Positions 29,116 through 40,123 of a stretch of DNA of 64,000 nucleotides are shown piece by piece. Numbering within the stretch: position 1 is the stretch's first letter; each line of letters opens with the position of its first letter. Under the pieces are notes generated by a model that saw nothing but the letters and a program-made list of their open reading frames with translations, searched no databases and had not been told where the DNA came from. The DNA comes from a virus (lineage: Duplodnaviria; Caudoviricetes), in IMG/VR virus record IMGVR_UViG_3300038499_000016, positions 1 to 64,000 of that record. One strand, given 5' to 3'. Both the position numbers and the translations under genes were made by a program.

Positions 29116-30050
29116 TTCCCCTCAAGTTCAAAATATGCCACATTGATGAGATATCAGAGCTACTAAAAATAGACCTGATAGCCATCCCAACCTTTCAGGA
29201 ATACATACGGATTCGTCCCGATATATTTGAATGGGTAGACATCCTCTGCGAGAACAGCAGAAGTGTACGCCAGATATACAAGAATTTCGACCTGTTCGAA
29301 GAAGTCACAGACCTTACCACAGATACCATCATCTTCTGTTCTCTGTATCTAGAAGTACTCGAGTTCATAGGACAGAGCCATCTCGCCCGACCTCTGGTGA
29401 ACGCTCTTATAACGAAATACCCCAACAACAAAATCCTGTTTCACTGGAACCATGATATTGATTTTTACAGCAAATACTCTTGGTTTCAGGAGTTCAAACA
29501 GGCCTACGTCATTCAGTTCAATACCAGCAAAAGGCTGCCCAACGATATCGTTGTTCCAATATGGAATATCAACACAGCACCTATTAACGAAGCTAAAGTC
29601 TATCGTGGAGGATTTCTAGGGCAGATCAACAATCCTTTAAGAGCAACCCTGTACACCTGTCTAAATAATAGAGAAGGATTTCTCGTTGAAGATACAACAG
29701 CCGGTAAAAAATATGATGAGATGACTTTTCTGAAGAAATTGAGCTCCTGCCAATTCGTTTTCTGTCCCAGAGGACAAGGACTATCAAGTTATCGATTCTT
29801 CGAGACTTTTCACATCAACAGTATCCCTGTTCTGATAGCGGATGATGTAGAATTACCTTATGAGGACACTCTATTCTACACAGACTTCAGCATACGCATC
29901 CCGGAAGAAAAAGCAGGCGATTTCAAGTACATAGAATCCCAACTCATATACTCGGAAGATAAACTTACACAACTCAATTCCGTGAAGGAAAAGTTTAGCT
30001 TAAAGGGTGTTCAAGAGCTCATATACAAAACCTTAAAGGAATCACTGTGA
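29112..30050 (+). CDS. exostosin-like (GT47) glycosyltransferase
   Basis: FCPRGQGLSSYRFFE...IPVLIADD..LP. Confidence 0.85.
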   Translation: MIPLKFKICHIDEISELLKIDLIAIPTFQEYIRIRPDIFEWVDILCENSRSVRQIYKNFDLFEEVTDLTTDTIIFCSLYLEVLEFIGQSHLARPLVNALITKYPNNKILFHWNHDIDFYSKYSWFQEFKQAYVIQFNTSKRLPNDIVVPIWNINTAPINEAKVYRGGFLGQINNPLRATLYTCLNNREGFLVEDTTAGKKYDEMTFLKKLSSCQFVFCPRGQGLSSYRFFETFHINSIPVLIADDVELPYEDTLFYTDFSIRIPEEKAGDFKYIESQLIYSEDKLTQLNSVKEKFSLKGVQELIYKTLKESL

Positions 30051-30916
30051 TCAGAGTTCATTACAACGGTCGACTAGGTAACAAACTATTCCAATATGCC
30101 ATGGGCCGTCTACTTGCCGAAGATCTGGGATATGAATTAAGGGCAGATGCCATTAATGGTTTCCCAGCAACCACGGACACTATCAAAGGCCTCGTAGTAG
30201 ATACCTCAATGGACCTTCTTTTAGGCCAAACTTTGGACCTAGAAAAGATACACAAAAATAAGATAGGCTATGTTCTGAATGGCTGGTTCCAACGGTACGA
30301 ATACTATGCCCCACACAAACAACGTATTCGATCATGGTTCAACAGAGACAAAGGTCCTAACCTTCCTGACAGCACCGCGGTAGTACACCTCCGCCGTACC
30401 CAACTATCAGTAGAAGACACAAAAACCGTGTATAACGTAGGTAAAGACAGAATTTTTATTCACCCTGATGACAATATCACCTACAATGACCGTGTTATCA
30501 AACATCTGGGAAGACTTGGATACAAAGACGGAAATACCCTGATGGCCAATAGTGATATCCTACCTTTTGAATGGTACGAAAACATTCTTAATGGCCTATC
30601 CTTTTCTCGTTTAATAATCTGTACGGACTGTCCGGATGATCCCTATCTTGAGTATTTCGATAAATACAAGCCTGAAATAATTCACTCAAGTGTTGAGAAT
30701 GACTTCTACATCCTCCGTAATGCCCCTGTTCTACTCTCTTCCATCAGCACTATGGGATGGTGGGCAGGATTCCTGTCAGATGGTAGGGTCTATCTACCGC
30801 AGCCTAATTACGGCTGCTGGGGCCATCCTAAAGAAGAAATGGACATTGCCCTGACTATTGAAGACGATGACCGATTCACCATCATTAAAGCTACCCGAAA
30901 CGGGACCTTCTTTTGA
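30047..30916 (+). CDS. GT11-like (alpha-1,2-fucosyltransferase family) protein
   Basis: GRLGNKLFQYA, VHLRR, STMGWWAGFL. Confidence 0.85.
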   Translation: MIRVHYNGRLGNKLFQYAMGRLLAEDLGYELRADAINGFPATTDTIKGLVVDTSMDLLLGQTLDLEKIHKNKIGYVLNGWFQRYEYYAPHKQRIRSWFNRDKGPNLPDSTAVVHLRRTQLSVEDTKTVYNVGKDRIFIHPDDNITYNDRVIKHLGRLGYKDGNTLMANSDILPFEWYENILNGLSFSRLIICTDCPDDPYLEYFDKYKPEIIHSSVENDFYILRNAPVLLSSISTMGWWAGFLSDGRVYLPQPNYGCWGHPKEEMDIALTIEDDDRFTIIKATRNGTFF

Positions 30917-31299
30917 ATATCTACAATCTGAAGACCTTTGATGACGAACGTGGAAGGCTGAGCCCCCTGGAGTTCAAGGATCTACCTTTTATACCGAAAC
31001 GAGTATTCTTCGTTACGCAGGTTCCTGAAGGCACCGCCCGAGGCGGGCACGCCCACTACAACACTCAGCAGTTTCTAATATGCCTCAGCGGAAAGATTAC
31101 CGTGGTTCTGCACAATGGCCGGTGGTCAGAAGAACAAGTCATTTATCCCAACCAAGCTGTGTTCGTAGATAAGATGATATGGGACTATCAGATTTTTGAA
31201 ACTGGGCAGGATCACTTAGCAGTACTCTGTTCCACGGAATACGATCAAGCGGATTACATCATGGATTTCAAATATTTCCAACAACTGAACGTTGAGTAA
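30913..31299 (+). CDS. FdtA/QdtA-like sugar 3,4-ketoisomerase (cupin)
   Basis: DERGRL..PF.PKRVF...RGGHAH...YDxxDYI. Confidence 0.9.
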   Translation: MNIYNLKTFDDERGRLSPLEFKDLPFIPKRVFFVTQVPEGTARGGHAHYNTQQFLICLSGKITVVLHNGRWSEEQVIYPNQAVFVDKMIWDYQIFETGQDHLAVLCSTEYDQADYIMDFKYFQQLNVE

Positions 31300-32137
31300 G
31301 TTGATGCTGATCAAAATCGCCTGAAGACTCTACCAAAATGCTCTTGTACGTTCGATGATAAAAGTTAGAACGCACAAGAGTAACTGCGTCTCCCAGAAGA
31401 TGAGCAGCATATCCAAAAGAACTATTAGCCAACACCAATACATCGGCATGAATCATGTGATACATGGATATCACAGGATATTCTTCGACATGAAGAACAA
31501 TATTTGGGAATAGTGCCATCAAGAAATCATAGTCACTTGGAATCCCTTGAGAATAAATGTGAATTTTGGAAGAGCATCCCTTTAGGGCGTCAGAGATTCT
31601 AGAAATGAGGTTTGTGTAAAACCCCTTCTTGCTTATGTCGTAATTTTCTCGGTTGGGAGCATTATCTGTTGCAGTTGATGTGACCCTTCTGATATGGATG
31701 GCAATGTTGATCACCCCGCTGTCGAAATACATATCCGACTTATCAAAATTCAATCCCGCCTTCACTTGATCAAGAAAGCGGCCTTCCTTTATTCTGGTCA
31801 GCAAACCCGCATCATTCATACAAACGAAGGCGCACCAATCCAAAATAGCAATCTGGTCCCCCTTGAGGGACGAGAGATCCCTCACATCTCTAATGTAGGT
31901 GCATGGTAGATTCTCTTCAACGGGATCAGACTTGAAGTTGAAAAGCTTTGTTGAATCCATACCAAACACTTCCTGAGAAACCCCCGTATGCTGCCAATGA
32001 TGCAGATTTCTGAACCCATCGAATAGAAAACCAAAACCATGCATCTTGGCAAGGGCATAGCAGTATAGCTGATATTGAACCAAAGCTCCCAGCCCTTCCG
32101 TTGATCCACCATTACTATTAGTCTTCAAATAGACCAT
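31268..32137 (-). CDS. GT11/GT23-like fucosyltransferase-fold protein
   Basis: EGLGA, IAIHIRR, ADVLVLANSSFGYAA. Confidence 0.7.
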   Translation of the reverse strand: MVYLKTNSNGGSTEGLGALVQYQLYCYALAKMHGFGFLFDGFRNLHHWQHTGVSQEVFGMDSTKLFNFKSDPVEENLPCTYIRDVRDLSSLKGDQIAILDWCAFVCMNDAGLLTRIKEGRFLDQVKAGLNFDKSDMYFDSGVINIAIHIRRVTSTATDNAPNRENYDISKKGFYTNLISRISDALKGCSSKIHIYSQGIPSDYDFLMALFPNIVLHVEEYPVISMYHMIHADVLVLANSSFGYAAHLLGDAVTLVRSNFYHRTYKSILVESSGDFDQHQLTQRSVVGNI

Positions 32138-32152
32138 AACCGCCGCTGCTCC

Positions 32153-33064
32153 TTAAAACATTGACCTATAGGTTTTATAGAAATTCCGAGTTTCCTCTGA
32201 GACGAACGGAAGATCCAAAGATGCTTTTCCCTTCACAAAATTAAGCGTGTTTCGATAACCGATGGTTTCGTTTTCAAGATTCTTAATCAAGTCTTGTTCA
32301 TTCCTCGCCTGATAGACAGAAGCCCTGTTGAATATCAGACTATTGGGGAATCTATTCTGTAGAATATATCCACCCCAGATATCATCCATTCTTCCAGCAT
32401 AAGGAAGAACAGTATAGTACGGAATGACTTCTCGAGCCAAGAAAGTATTCTGACTATTGAATGGGGCTATTGTATTGAAGAAATAAGGATGAGTCACATT
32501 GAACTTCACGGTCTCATTCTGGGTCAATCGGGCCATGGCATCTATATCTGGATCCCCATCCCATAAATCGGCTTGAATCAAAGGAGTTATAGTCTTTTTA
32601 CCACTATATGTGACTTCATGTCGTCTTTTTATTAGTTCAAGAGGATACCCTCTGTGCCACAACTGTTTCACATTAGTAACAGCCAAGGGATCCGCAACCA
32701 GCAGCTCTGTCTCATAGTAGTCACAGACTGTTGGGACGCCTATGCAGAGATCCTCACCCCAACCTTCATAAGGAATATTATCATCATCAACAGTAGCAAT
32801 GATATCCGCTTTGAGTTCGTGATAGGCGTAGACGAATCCAATATTTCGTCTCATTATCTTGTTCCATCCGATCGCGGCACTCAAATCCCCATATCTACGG
32901 GTCTGTTCCTCGGGCGTCAGATAAACACAATTCATTCCACAATATTCAGAATGCGGAGTTTTCAGGTCTCCCACAATAACCAGGGACCATCCATTCATTT
33001 TACTAAATATTTTTGTGGCTTTGGACGGTGGGTAGATAGTAGTTGTAACGATCACCTTATTCAT
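32153..33064 (-). CDS. STELLO/DUF288-like glycosyltransferase
   Basis: VTTTI..P, VGDLKTP, RRNIG, DDDN, DPDIDA, NSQNT, RMDDIW; start at ATGA overlap 33064. Confidence 0.85.
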   Translation of the reverse strand: MNKVIVTTTIYPPSKATKIFSKMNGWSLVIVGDLKTPHSEYCGMNCVYLTPEEQTRRYGDLSAAIGWNKIMRRNIGFVYAYHELKADIIATVDDDNIPYEGWGEDLCIGVPTVCDYYETELLVADPLAVTNVKQLWHRGYPLELIKRRHEVTYSGKKTITPLIQADLWDGDPDIDAMARLTQNETVKFNVTHPYFFNTIAPFNSQNTFLAREVIPYYTVLPYAGRMDDIWGGYILQNRFPNSLIFNRASVYQARNEQDLIKNLENETIGYRNTLNFVKGKASLDLPFVSEETRNFYKTYRSMF

Positions 33065-34362
33065 ATGCGGTAGATTTCCTTTGCGGTCAAATCCCAACGA
33101 TACTTCTGAATCTGGTCCCTTGTATCGTCTGACAGATCTTGCATCAATAGGATTCTCAGGAATTCTGTAGGAAACTTGTACCTAACAGCGAAATACCACC
33201 ACTTATGGAGATTGTTGATCTCTTTCCTGTTCTGAATTCTGAGAGGAGTAGTCTCATAAAAATTCAAACAATCATCATCAGGATTCAAGAGCCCTCTATC
33301 TAGACAGTGCTTCCAGATATCCGTTCCGTAAAAAGGCTGCAGAATTGCTACCCAAGAGTCCGTCGGATTCAAATATCTATTGAACTCGAACGTCTCCAGA
33401 GCATCTCCTAACGGGTCATCTACTGGCAATCCAATGATATTCTGAAGCCTAACTTTTATTCCAACGCCCTCTAGACTCCGTGTAGCATCTTCCACCTGCT
33501 TATTGCTAATATTACCCCTTCGCAGCATTCTCTGAGTTTGGGGATTGGCTGATTCTAAAGCAATATTTAGAAAGATACAACCTGCGTTTTTCAAATTAAG
33601 AACCAACTCTGGGTCCAAGTTGTTTGCTCTCACCGATCCGCAGAAGGGTAATCCGATCTGACTTTGGTATAAAGAGAGAAACGTCAATAGCCAATCACGG
33701 TCGGTCGCCAGATCGTCATCATTGAAATACACAGTTCTTAAAGGATAACTATCCCTCACATGACCTATTTCAGCGACCATTTTAGCAGGAGATCTTCTCT
33801 GAAAGAACTTCGACTTCTGGTCAGAAAATATCTTGTGGTACACATGATTAAAACAATAGGTACAAGCATTGGGACAATCCCGACCTGCAATGAATCTCTT
33901 CATTCCTGCATTACCAAATTCCTCATATCGATAGAGGATGGATCGATCCGGCTCAGGTAGTGCTTCTACGTCAGGAAGAGTTCCTTTAATTACTTTACTG
34001 GATCCTCTATCCTCAAGAATATCAAGGACAGCTTTCTCTCCAGGCCCAATCACGACAAAATCAACGTCCGGATCACGTTCCCCTTGCTCTGGAAAAAAGG
34101 TGAAGTGAGGACCCCCCATTACAGACTTGAACTTGAATCTTGCCTTCAGTTCCTTATTTCTTTTCAGATACCACCTATGTTCTCCGCTCATCACGGAGTA
34201 CATCACAAAATCAACTGAATTATTTTCCAAATAGGCCTCAGCATTATCGACGTCATCTTGAATAAGCGTTACAGCATGCCCGCTTCTTCTCATAACTGCG
34301 GACAAGTACAGGATGCCTAGTTTATCAATCCTGAGCTTCTTTTCTACGAAGATTATTTTCAC
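33061..34362 (-). CDS. B12-binding radical SAM protein
   Basis: LGILYLSA, GGPHFT, GPGE, CPNACTYC. Confidence 0.9.
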   Translation of the reverse strand: MKIIFVEKKLRIDKLGILYLSAVMRRSGHAVTLIQDDVDNAEAYLENNSVDFVMYSVMSGEHRWYLKRNKELKARFKFKSVMGGPHFTFFPEQGERDPDVDFVVIGPGEKAVLDILEDRGSSKVIKGTLPDVEALPEPDRSILYRYEEFGNAGMKRFIAGRDCPNACTYCFNHVYHKIFSDQKSKFFQRRSPAKMVAEIGHVRDSYPLRTVYFNDDDLATDRDWLLTFLSLYQSQIGLPFCGSVRANNLDPELVLNLKNAGCIFLNIALESANPQTQRMLRRGNISNKQVEDATRSLEGVGIKVRLQNIIGLPVDDPLGDALETFEFNRYLNPTDSWVAILQPFYGTDIWKHCLDRGLLNPDDDCLNFYETTPLRIQNRKEINNLHKWWYFAVRYKFPTEFLRILLMQDLSDDTRDQIQKYRWDLTAKEIYRI

Positions 34363-35432
34363 GATAGTCTATTTAAAGCATCGAGGACAACATTCTGCTG
34401 TTCTTCAGAGATGAACTCAGAAATTGGCAAAGACATCACTCTTTTAGAAAGAAAATCCGTCATGGGAAGTTCTTCATAAAAATCGACAAAGGGTTGTCTG
34501 TGACAAGGGACTGAATAATGGGTTCTACAATCCACCCCCATTCGCTTCATGTCTTCAACAGCTTTAAGATTATCTTTAACCGTCACAACAAAAAGATGAT
34601 AGGTGCTTATTGCATTGATGGGAGGATATAATACTCCTATATGATCCGGAAGATTATCTCGATAAAATTTAGCTCTTTTCTCTCTTTCATATATCCACCA
34701 ATCCAATAGCTTCAACTTATGAGAAAGGACTAACGCCTGTATCTCATCAAGTCTGGTGTTAGTTCCCAAAGAACTAAAAGTTTCTCTTCCGGTCTTTCCA
34801 AAATCCCTCAACAGCAAAAGACTCTTGTAGACATCTTCATTATCAGTTAAAATTGCCCCGCCATCTCCCAGAGCTCCGAGATTTTTGGTTGGAAAAAAAC
34901 TAAAGCACCCTGTATAACCAAAGGATCCCGTCTTCTTTCCTGCATAGGAGGCACCAGCAGCCTGGCAAGCATCTTCAATAACGGGAATACCATGACTATT
35001 TGCTACACCCATTATTTCGCCCATATTACATGGATGACCCATAAAATGAACAGGAATTACTGCCACAGTATTTTCATCTATCTTTTTTTCAAAATCTTTA
35101 GGATCCATTGTCCCTAATGAATTTACATCAACAAATTTAGGACGATACCCCGCTGCTAAAATTGCCATTACCGTAGCAGGAAAGGTAAAACTTACCGTAA
35201 GAACATCCCCATGTTTCACTTTTAAGGTTCTAAGGGACAGTATCAAGGCATCCGTCCCAGAGTTCACCCCCACACAGTAACGTGTCCCACAGTAACTGGC
35301 AAAAGATCGTTCAAATTCCTTCAAATGCCTGCCAAGAATGTATTGACCGGATTCAATCAAAGACCTCAACTCTGGCATGATCTCAGGAAGAAGATCTTTG
35401 TTATGCTTGGATACATCGATAAAGTCTATCAT
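34359..35432 (-). CDS. DegT/DnrJ family sugar aminotransferase (FdtB-like)
   Basis: NSGTDAL, EDACQA, SFFPTKNLGALGDGG, RLDEIQA. Confidence 0.92.
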   Translation of the reverse strand: MIDFIDVSKHNKDLLPEIMPELRSLIESGQYILGRHLKEFERSFASYCGTRYCVGVNSGTDALILSLRTLKVKHGDVLTVSFTFPATVMAILAAGYRPKFVDVNSLGTMDPKDFEKKIDENTVAVIPVHFMGHPCNMGEIMGVANSHGIPVIEDACQAAGASYAGKKTGSFGYTGCFSFFPTKNLGALGDGGAILTDNEDVYKSLLLLRDFGKTGRETFSSLGTNTRLDEIQALVLSHKLKLLDWWIYEREKRAKFYRDNLPDHIGVLYPPINAISTYHLFVVTVKDNLKAVEDMKRMGVDCRTHYSVPCHRQPFVDFYEELPMTDFLSKRVMSLPISEFISEEQQNVVLDALNRLS

Positions 35433-36001
35433 TTTTTACCTACGACTCCGTGACAGACATAAACACCCTTGGCATCGAATCCCAACACTTTCTTCATATC
35501 AACATCTAAAAATCTATCGTAAGATACTATAGTCATCCCTGCTTCTTCCAACAATAAATAATAGCCTCGTTTGCAGAATCTCCAATAATCTTCTCCCATA
35601 TGACCATCAGTGTAGGCATATGGTGTCCACACAAAAAGATGTCCCCCAGGTTCTATGGATTCAGAAAGATTCCGAATCATTGAGAAAGGATTCTTGCAAT
35701 GTTCTAGTATACTCATGCACAATATTGTATTGAATTTACCACTATATGGCAGACAAAAATCATGAACGATATCCGCTGTAGAGCGACGACCCATTTTTTC
35801 AACAAGGTTGTCTGAAAGATTGCTTATAGACACTCTATCAGCAATACCGTAAACAAATTCATGAAAATATCTCGGAGTAGACATGTCCAGTACATGTCCA
35901 GAAATGTACCCTCTATTTTTCCATAACCATTGTTCCTCATACGTCCCAACAAGACTCCCGCACCTTTCGTAATTCCCCACAAATGTTGATTCCTTATCCA
36001 T
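35429..36001 (-). CDS. SAM methyltransferase-like protein
   Basis: SILEH..PGG..P...H..DYWRF. Confidence 0.75.
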   Translation of the reverse strand: MDKESTFVGNYERCGSLVGTYEEQWLWKNRGYISGHVLDMSTPRYFHEFVYGIADRVSISNLSDNLVEKMGRRSTADIVHDFCLPYSGKFNTILCMSILEHCKNPFSMIRNLSESIEPGGHLFVWTPYAYTDGHMGEDYWRFCKRGYYLLLEEAGMTIVSYDRFLDVDMKKVLGFDAKGVYVCHGVVGKK

Positions 36002-36881
36002 CGATTAACCCCAAAGCCTCTTGATGGCATTGTTGAACGGATATTTTGTCTACATCATCTTTTCCAAAAAGATACTTCAATTTTTGATTATATCGACTTC
36101 TCCATACTTCATGTAGTCGAAAATACTCGTTCTGAGAAGCCAACAAATATACCGTAGGTGTTTCTGTAAGATAACCCAACATCACAGCCCCACACACAGT
36201 GGTAACCATACACGCGGACAGATTCAAACAAGCTATCTGAAGATCAACGAAATTTTCTGCATTACCAAAAAGTTTCCATAGACTAATACTTGTGCTGTTT
36301 AGAAAATTTGGTTTTGAAGGATACTCCGCCAATAACAAAATTGTGCAGTATCCTTCTGAATCAAATTTGCGTGCGATTTCTTCCCACTTAGATTCAGGCC
36401 ATGCATGTATTTTATTCTCAAGAAACAAATTTCTGCACAACAGAGAAACAATCGGCCGCCCTTTCGAAACGTCTTTAATTGTCTGTAAGGCTTGCTCACT
36501 CGCCGTCAATTTCTTAATCTTTTGAAAGTCTACTGATTTTTGTATTTGACTATGACCATGATCTCCGCCCAATATCAGTCCTTCATAATTCTGAGCCGGC
36601 CGTATGCGTACATCAGAATCTCTGGCATATCTTCCTGCATCTGGATGCAACACTATCCCAGTAGAATGGGCCATAAACGTGTTAGTGGAACTGTATATCG
36701 AATTAGTATCATGAGGCAGATAAATATCAGCAAAGTCATATAAACGGGATCGGCCATAATAAGAAGAAGCAATAGCCTCATGATTAGGGTATTTCTCTCG
36801 AATAGCCCTGCATTCCCCTATCCAATAGGATAACTCATAGCCAAATTCCCCAATCCACGGCCCAAAAAAAATGGTGCTCAT
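35994..36881 (-). CDS. putative GT-B (GT9-like) glycosyltransferase
   Basis: GPWIGEFGYEL N-terminus; WPESKWEE...; TETPT. Confidence 0.6.
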   Translation of the reverse strand: MSTIFFGPWIGEFGYELSYWIGECRAIREKYPNHEAIASSYYGRSRLYDFADIYLPHDTNSIYSSTNTFMAHSTGIVLHPDAGRYARDSDVRIRPAQNYEGLILGGDHGHSQIQKSVDFQKIKKLTASEQALQTIKDVSKGRPIVSLLCRNLFLENKIHAWPESKWEEIARKFDSEGYCTILLLAEYPSKPNFLNSTSISLWKLFGNAENFVDLQIACLNLSACMVTTVCGAVMLGYLTETPTVYLLASQNEYFRLHEVWRSRYNQKLKYLFGKDDVDKISVQQCHQEALGLIDG

Positions 36882-37855
36882 TTCAGGTGCATTTCTTTCA
36901 TGATCTTAATGTTAGAGTACACAGGATTCGTCATTGAATCCTCAAAGACTCCTTCTGCAAATTTATTCTTGAGGTCTCGCACGGCATCCTGTACCGTATG
37001 TCGTGTAGAAAATCCCAATACTTTTTGAATACTCTCTGAATTGATCCTATAAGACCTGGTATCGTCAGATTGAGTTGTGGTCAAAACTATCTTTTCCGGA
37101 AGCAATTCCCGGCATACCGTCTGAGCAATCTGACTGACAGTAAGATTTTCACCCCCTACATTAAAAACTCTCCCACGAATCAATTCCAAAGGTACTTGAA
37201 GCATCAACACATAAGCTCTGACCATATCCGCAATGTGTATGTTTGGACGGCCTTGATCCCCTCCATATACTTCAATCTTCTTATTCCGTATAGCTTGGTT
37301 CACAAAAATATTGACTACCAAATCAAATCTCTGTCTAGGGGAATATCCACAAACAGTTGCAGGTCTCAAAATAACCGGACTAAACGTGCTACTCATATGA
37401 GCTAAAAGTACCTTCTCGCACTCAGCCTTATACTTCGAATAGTCTGTTAGGGGTTCCAACAAAGAATCTTCTATTACCTCAGGCTCCTTCTTGATTCCAT
37501 ATACGCTACTGGAGGACGCATAAATGAACCTGCGGATGCCTGCCCTTACAGAAGCATCCACAAGAGGCTCAAAACAATCAAAATTGATACTCTTTCCCAG
37601 TTCAGGATCTAAATCAAAGCTAGGATCATTTGATATGCAGGCCAGATGAATGACCGCATCACAACCCTCTAAAGACGCCTTAACCATTAAAGGGTCCCTT
37701 ATATCCCCTTTTATCTTAATCAGGTTGGGATGGCCTGTAAGACGGTCTCCGTAGATAAATAGGTCTAGTACTCGTACTGTATGCCCCATAGCGATAAGCT
37801 CAGGCACTAGAACCGATCCGACATACCCAGCTCCCCCTGTCACTAAAATATTCAT
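36878..37855 (-). CDS. NAD-dependent epimerase/dehydratase (SDR)
   Basis: TGGAGYVG, SSSSVYG, YSKYK. Confidence 0.92.
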   Translation of the reverse strand: MNILVTGGAGYVGSVLVPELIAMGHTVRVLDLFIYGDRLTGHPNLIKIKGDIRDPLMVKASLEGCDAVIHLACISNDPSFDLDPELGKSINFDCFEPLVDASVRAGIRRFIYASSSSVYGIKKEPEVIEDSLLEPLTDYSKYKAECEKVLLAHMSSTFSPVILRPATVCGYSPRQRFDLVVNIFVNQAIRNKKIEVYGGDQGRPNIHIADMVRAYVLMLQVPLELIRGRVFNVGGENLTVSQIAQTVCRELLPEKIVLTTTQSDDTRSYRINSESIQKVLGFSTRHTVQDAVRDLKNKFAEGVFEDSMTNPVYSNIKIMKEMHLK

Positions 37856-38517
37856 GTTGGCTCCGATATCAGTACGTTATAATGAACATCCCCAGGATAG
37901 TGAAGATCTTCAAGAAACCTGTCCCACCATTGAGGAGTTTCAATAACCGTATGGGTCTTGTCCCATTTTTTCATATAATCAAGTTCTAGAGGAGTCCGGC
38001 CACACTGTATCTCAAAAAAAAGTTTACCTCTCGAAACCCTAATGCATTCCCTTATAGACTTTTCCAAGACATTTCTTGGTATATGCGGCAAGACCTCTTT
38101 CACAATAACAAAATCAAAATTCCTATCCTCATATGGAAGATCGTCCATGCTTCCTTGGCACAAAAACTGTTTCACGTAGGGATGAGCCCTAGCTAAGGCA
38201 TATTCACTATAATCTAGGCCTCGAACCTCCAACCCCTGTTTAAAAAACTCCACAAGTAAAAAAGCTTTTGCACATCCTATCTCTAAAACAGACATCCCTT
38301 TCGTTAATCCATAATGACTAATCATTTTTTCCGCGACTTTTTGGTATCTCCCATCATACCTATATCCGCCATACCCTATACGTAGTTGTGGATTGTCAAA
38401 ATAATCCTCAGAAAAATTCATGTAGCTGTCCGTAAAATTGGCATCAGTGACCTGCTGAAGGATCTTCAATCTTTCCTCAGATCCGCGTTTTTTATGGTCA
38501 AAAAAATCAATGATCAT
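37852..38517 (-). CDS. class I SAM methyltransferase
   Basis: GYGGYRYDGR, LEIGCAK. Confidence 0.85.
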   Translation of the reverse strand: MIIDFFDHKKRGSEERLKILQQVTDANFTDSYMNFSEDYFDNPQLRIGYGGYRYDGRYQKVAEKMISHYGLTKGMSVLEIGCAKAFLLVEFFKQGLEVRGLDYSEYALARAHPYVKQFLCQGSMDDLPYEDRNFDFVIVKEVLPHIPRNVLEKSIRECIRVSRGKLFFEIQCGRTPLELDYMKKWDKTHTVIETPQWWDRFLEDLHYPGDVHYNVLISEPT

Positions 38518-39296
38518 ATTTTTTTCAATACCCTAAGCTGTATTGGGGAATAGTTCAAAATAGGAGGAAAGTGCTTAAACATCTCGATGAAGGGATTGTT
38601 ATATTTCAGTTCTAAACGCCCCTCAATTAATGCCGGATACAAGATTCTAGCCCCATAATAGTACGTACTGAGAAAGTTTTCATCATTGCCTTCCAACAAA
38701 TCACTCTTGATAAATTTGTCACTAAGATATCGATCAAATTCATCGTCATCAAAAGGCTGACTCTGCCACGGAATAGGTATTTCTTCTACACCAACCACGT
38801 TCCTACTTTCATTGAGCATTTTCCAACCGGATTTGAAGGTCTCAATCAAGAGTAGAGTCCCGCCTATCTTCATAACACGACAGATCTCATCCAGAGCCCT
38901 CTTCTGATCCTCCCATGACACCAAGTTCATCAAACATCTTTCTGTGTACACAATATCGAATTCTTTCAAATTCTCAGGAATAAATTTAACGGATGCCGTT
39001 TCAAAGCAGACATTACTAAGAGAGGATCTCTGCTTACATAACCCTATCATGCTCTCATTCACATCAATGGCATAAAAAGATACCTCAGGAAACATTCGTG
39101 AAATAGTAGAGACTACATAACCATTCCCACATCCTACTTCAAGTATCCTTTTATTAGGCGCTATTGAAATATACTTACACAGGATTTTTATCTCTAAATC
39201 CCTCACCCCATTATCCGGCATGGTGCAGCTGGAAGCCATCCCCTTCTCAGATGATTCTTTCTCATACAGCCTATAAATATCCTTTTCGTTTATCAT
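38514..39296 (-). CDS. class I SAM methyltransferase
   Basis: LEVGCGNG, TERCLMNL. Confidence 0.85.
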   Translation of the reverse strand: MINEKDIYRLYEKESSEKGMASSCTMPDNGVRDLEIKILCKYISIAPNKRILEVGCGNGYVVSTISRMFPEVSFYAIDVNESMIGLCKQRSSLSNVCFETASVKFIPENLKEFDIVYTERCLMNLVSWEDQKRALDEICRVMKIGGTLLLIETFKSGWKMLNESRNVVGVEEIPIPWQSQPFDDDEFDRYLSDKFIKSDLLEGNDENFLSTYYYGARILYPALIEGRLELKYNNPFIEMFKHFPPILNYSPIQLRVLKKI

Positions 39297-40123
39297 ATTT
39301 TTGGAATAAAAATTGGATACGTAGTTCTGTAAGTCTCTTCATCAAGTAGAATCAAAGGCTTTCCTTTTGATTCTACAATCCCACTGTGCCACAGCCGACC
39401 ATAAGATCCCCCTATGAATGCGTATCTCTTTTTTCTGTTGTCAATAATATAACCAGGCTCAAAAGGTACAAAATCAAGCGCTCTAGCATGTTTCCTGATA
39501 TCTGCCACTTTGCTTAAATCCTTCATAAGAGCAAGAGAGGATCTTTTCTTTATCGATTCATTTTCTACACTAATAGGAATGGCTTTCAAATCTCCTTTGG
39601 ATATTTTTTCCAAATTTCTTCTAAACACTATATCCGATACCATTTTTGTTCTTTCATACAGCTCTCTTGCGGTCTCGTCCTGATAAATAGGGAAAATTTC
39701 CTGGTCAATTATACTTCCACTATCGAGCTCTTCCCCTAATAACTGAAGAGTAGTTCCGTATGTAGGAGAGTCTTCTAAAATTGCATGAGAACATCCATTA
39801 CATCCTCTATAGTGTGGTAACGGTGATTCATGTAAATTAATTCCAAACCATTTTGCTTTTCTTATCAATTCAGGCTCTATGATATACCCATACATCAATG
39901 ACCATATAATGTCATAATCAATTTTCTTCAGTTCTTCCCGTTTCAACACAGGAATGTCGTAATGTCTTAGTAAGAATTCAAACTCATCAGAATCCCACCA
40001 AGCATTCCTGTACCCATACCTTGGAACTCCACCAACAATACCAAAAAGATTGGAGTGGAAAAGCATTTTAAGCCAAGAAACACCCTGAGGCTTTTCCCCC
40101 AACACTATTACTCTAGGCTTCAT
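39293..40123 (-). CDS. sugar N-formyltransferase
   Basis: INLHESPLPHYRG, GTTL, LDSG.II; start ATG 40123. Confidence 0.88.
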   Translation of the reverse strand: MKPRVIVLGEKPQGVSWLKMLFHSNLFGIVGGVPRYGYRNAWWDSDEFEFLLRHYDIPVLKREELKKIDYDIIWSLMYGYIIEPELIRKAKWFGINLHESPLPHYRGCNGCSHAILEDSPTYGTTLQLLGEELDSGSIIDQEIFPIYQDETARELYERTKMVSDIVFRRNLEKISKGDLKAIPISVENESIKKRSSLALMKDLSKVADIRKHARALDFVPFEPGYIIDNRKKRYAFIGGSYGRLWHSGIVESKGKPLILLDEETYRTTYPIFIPKI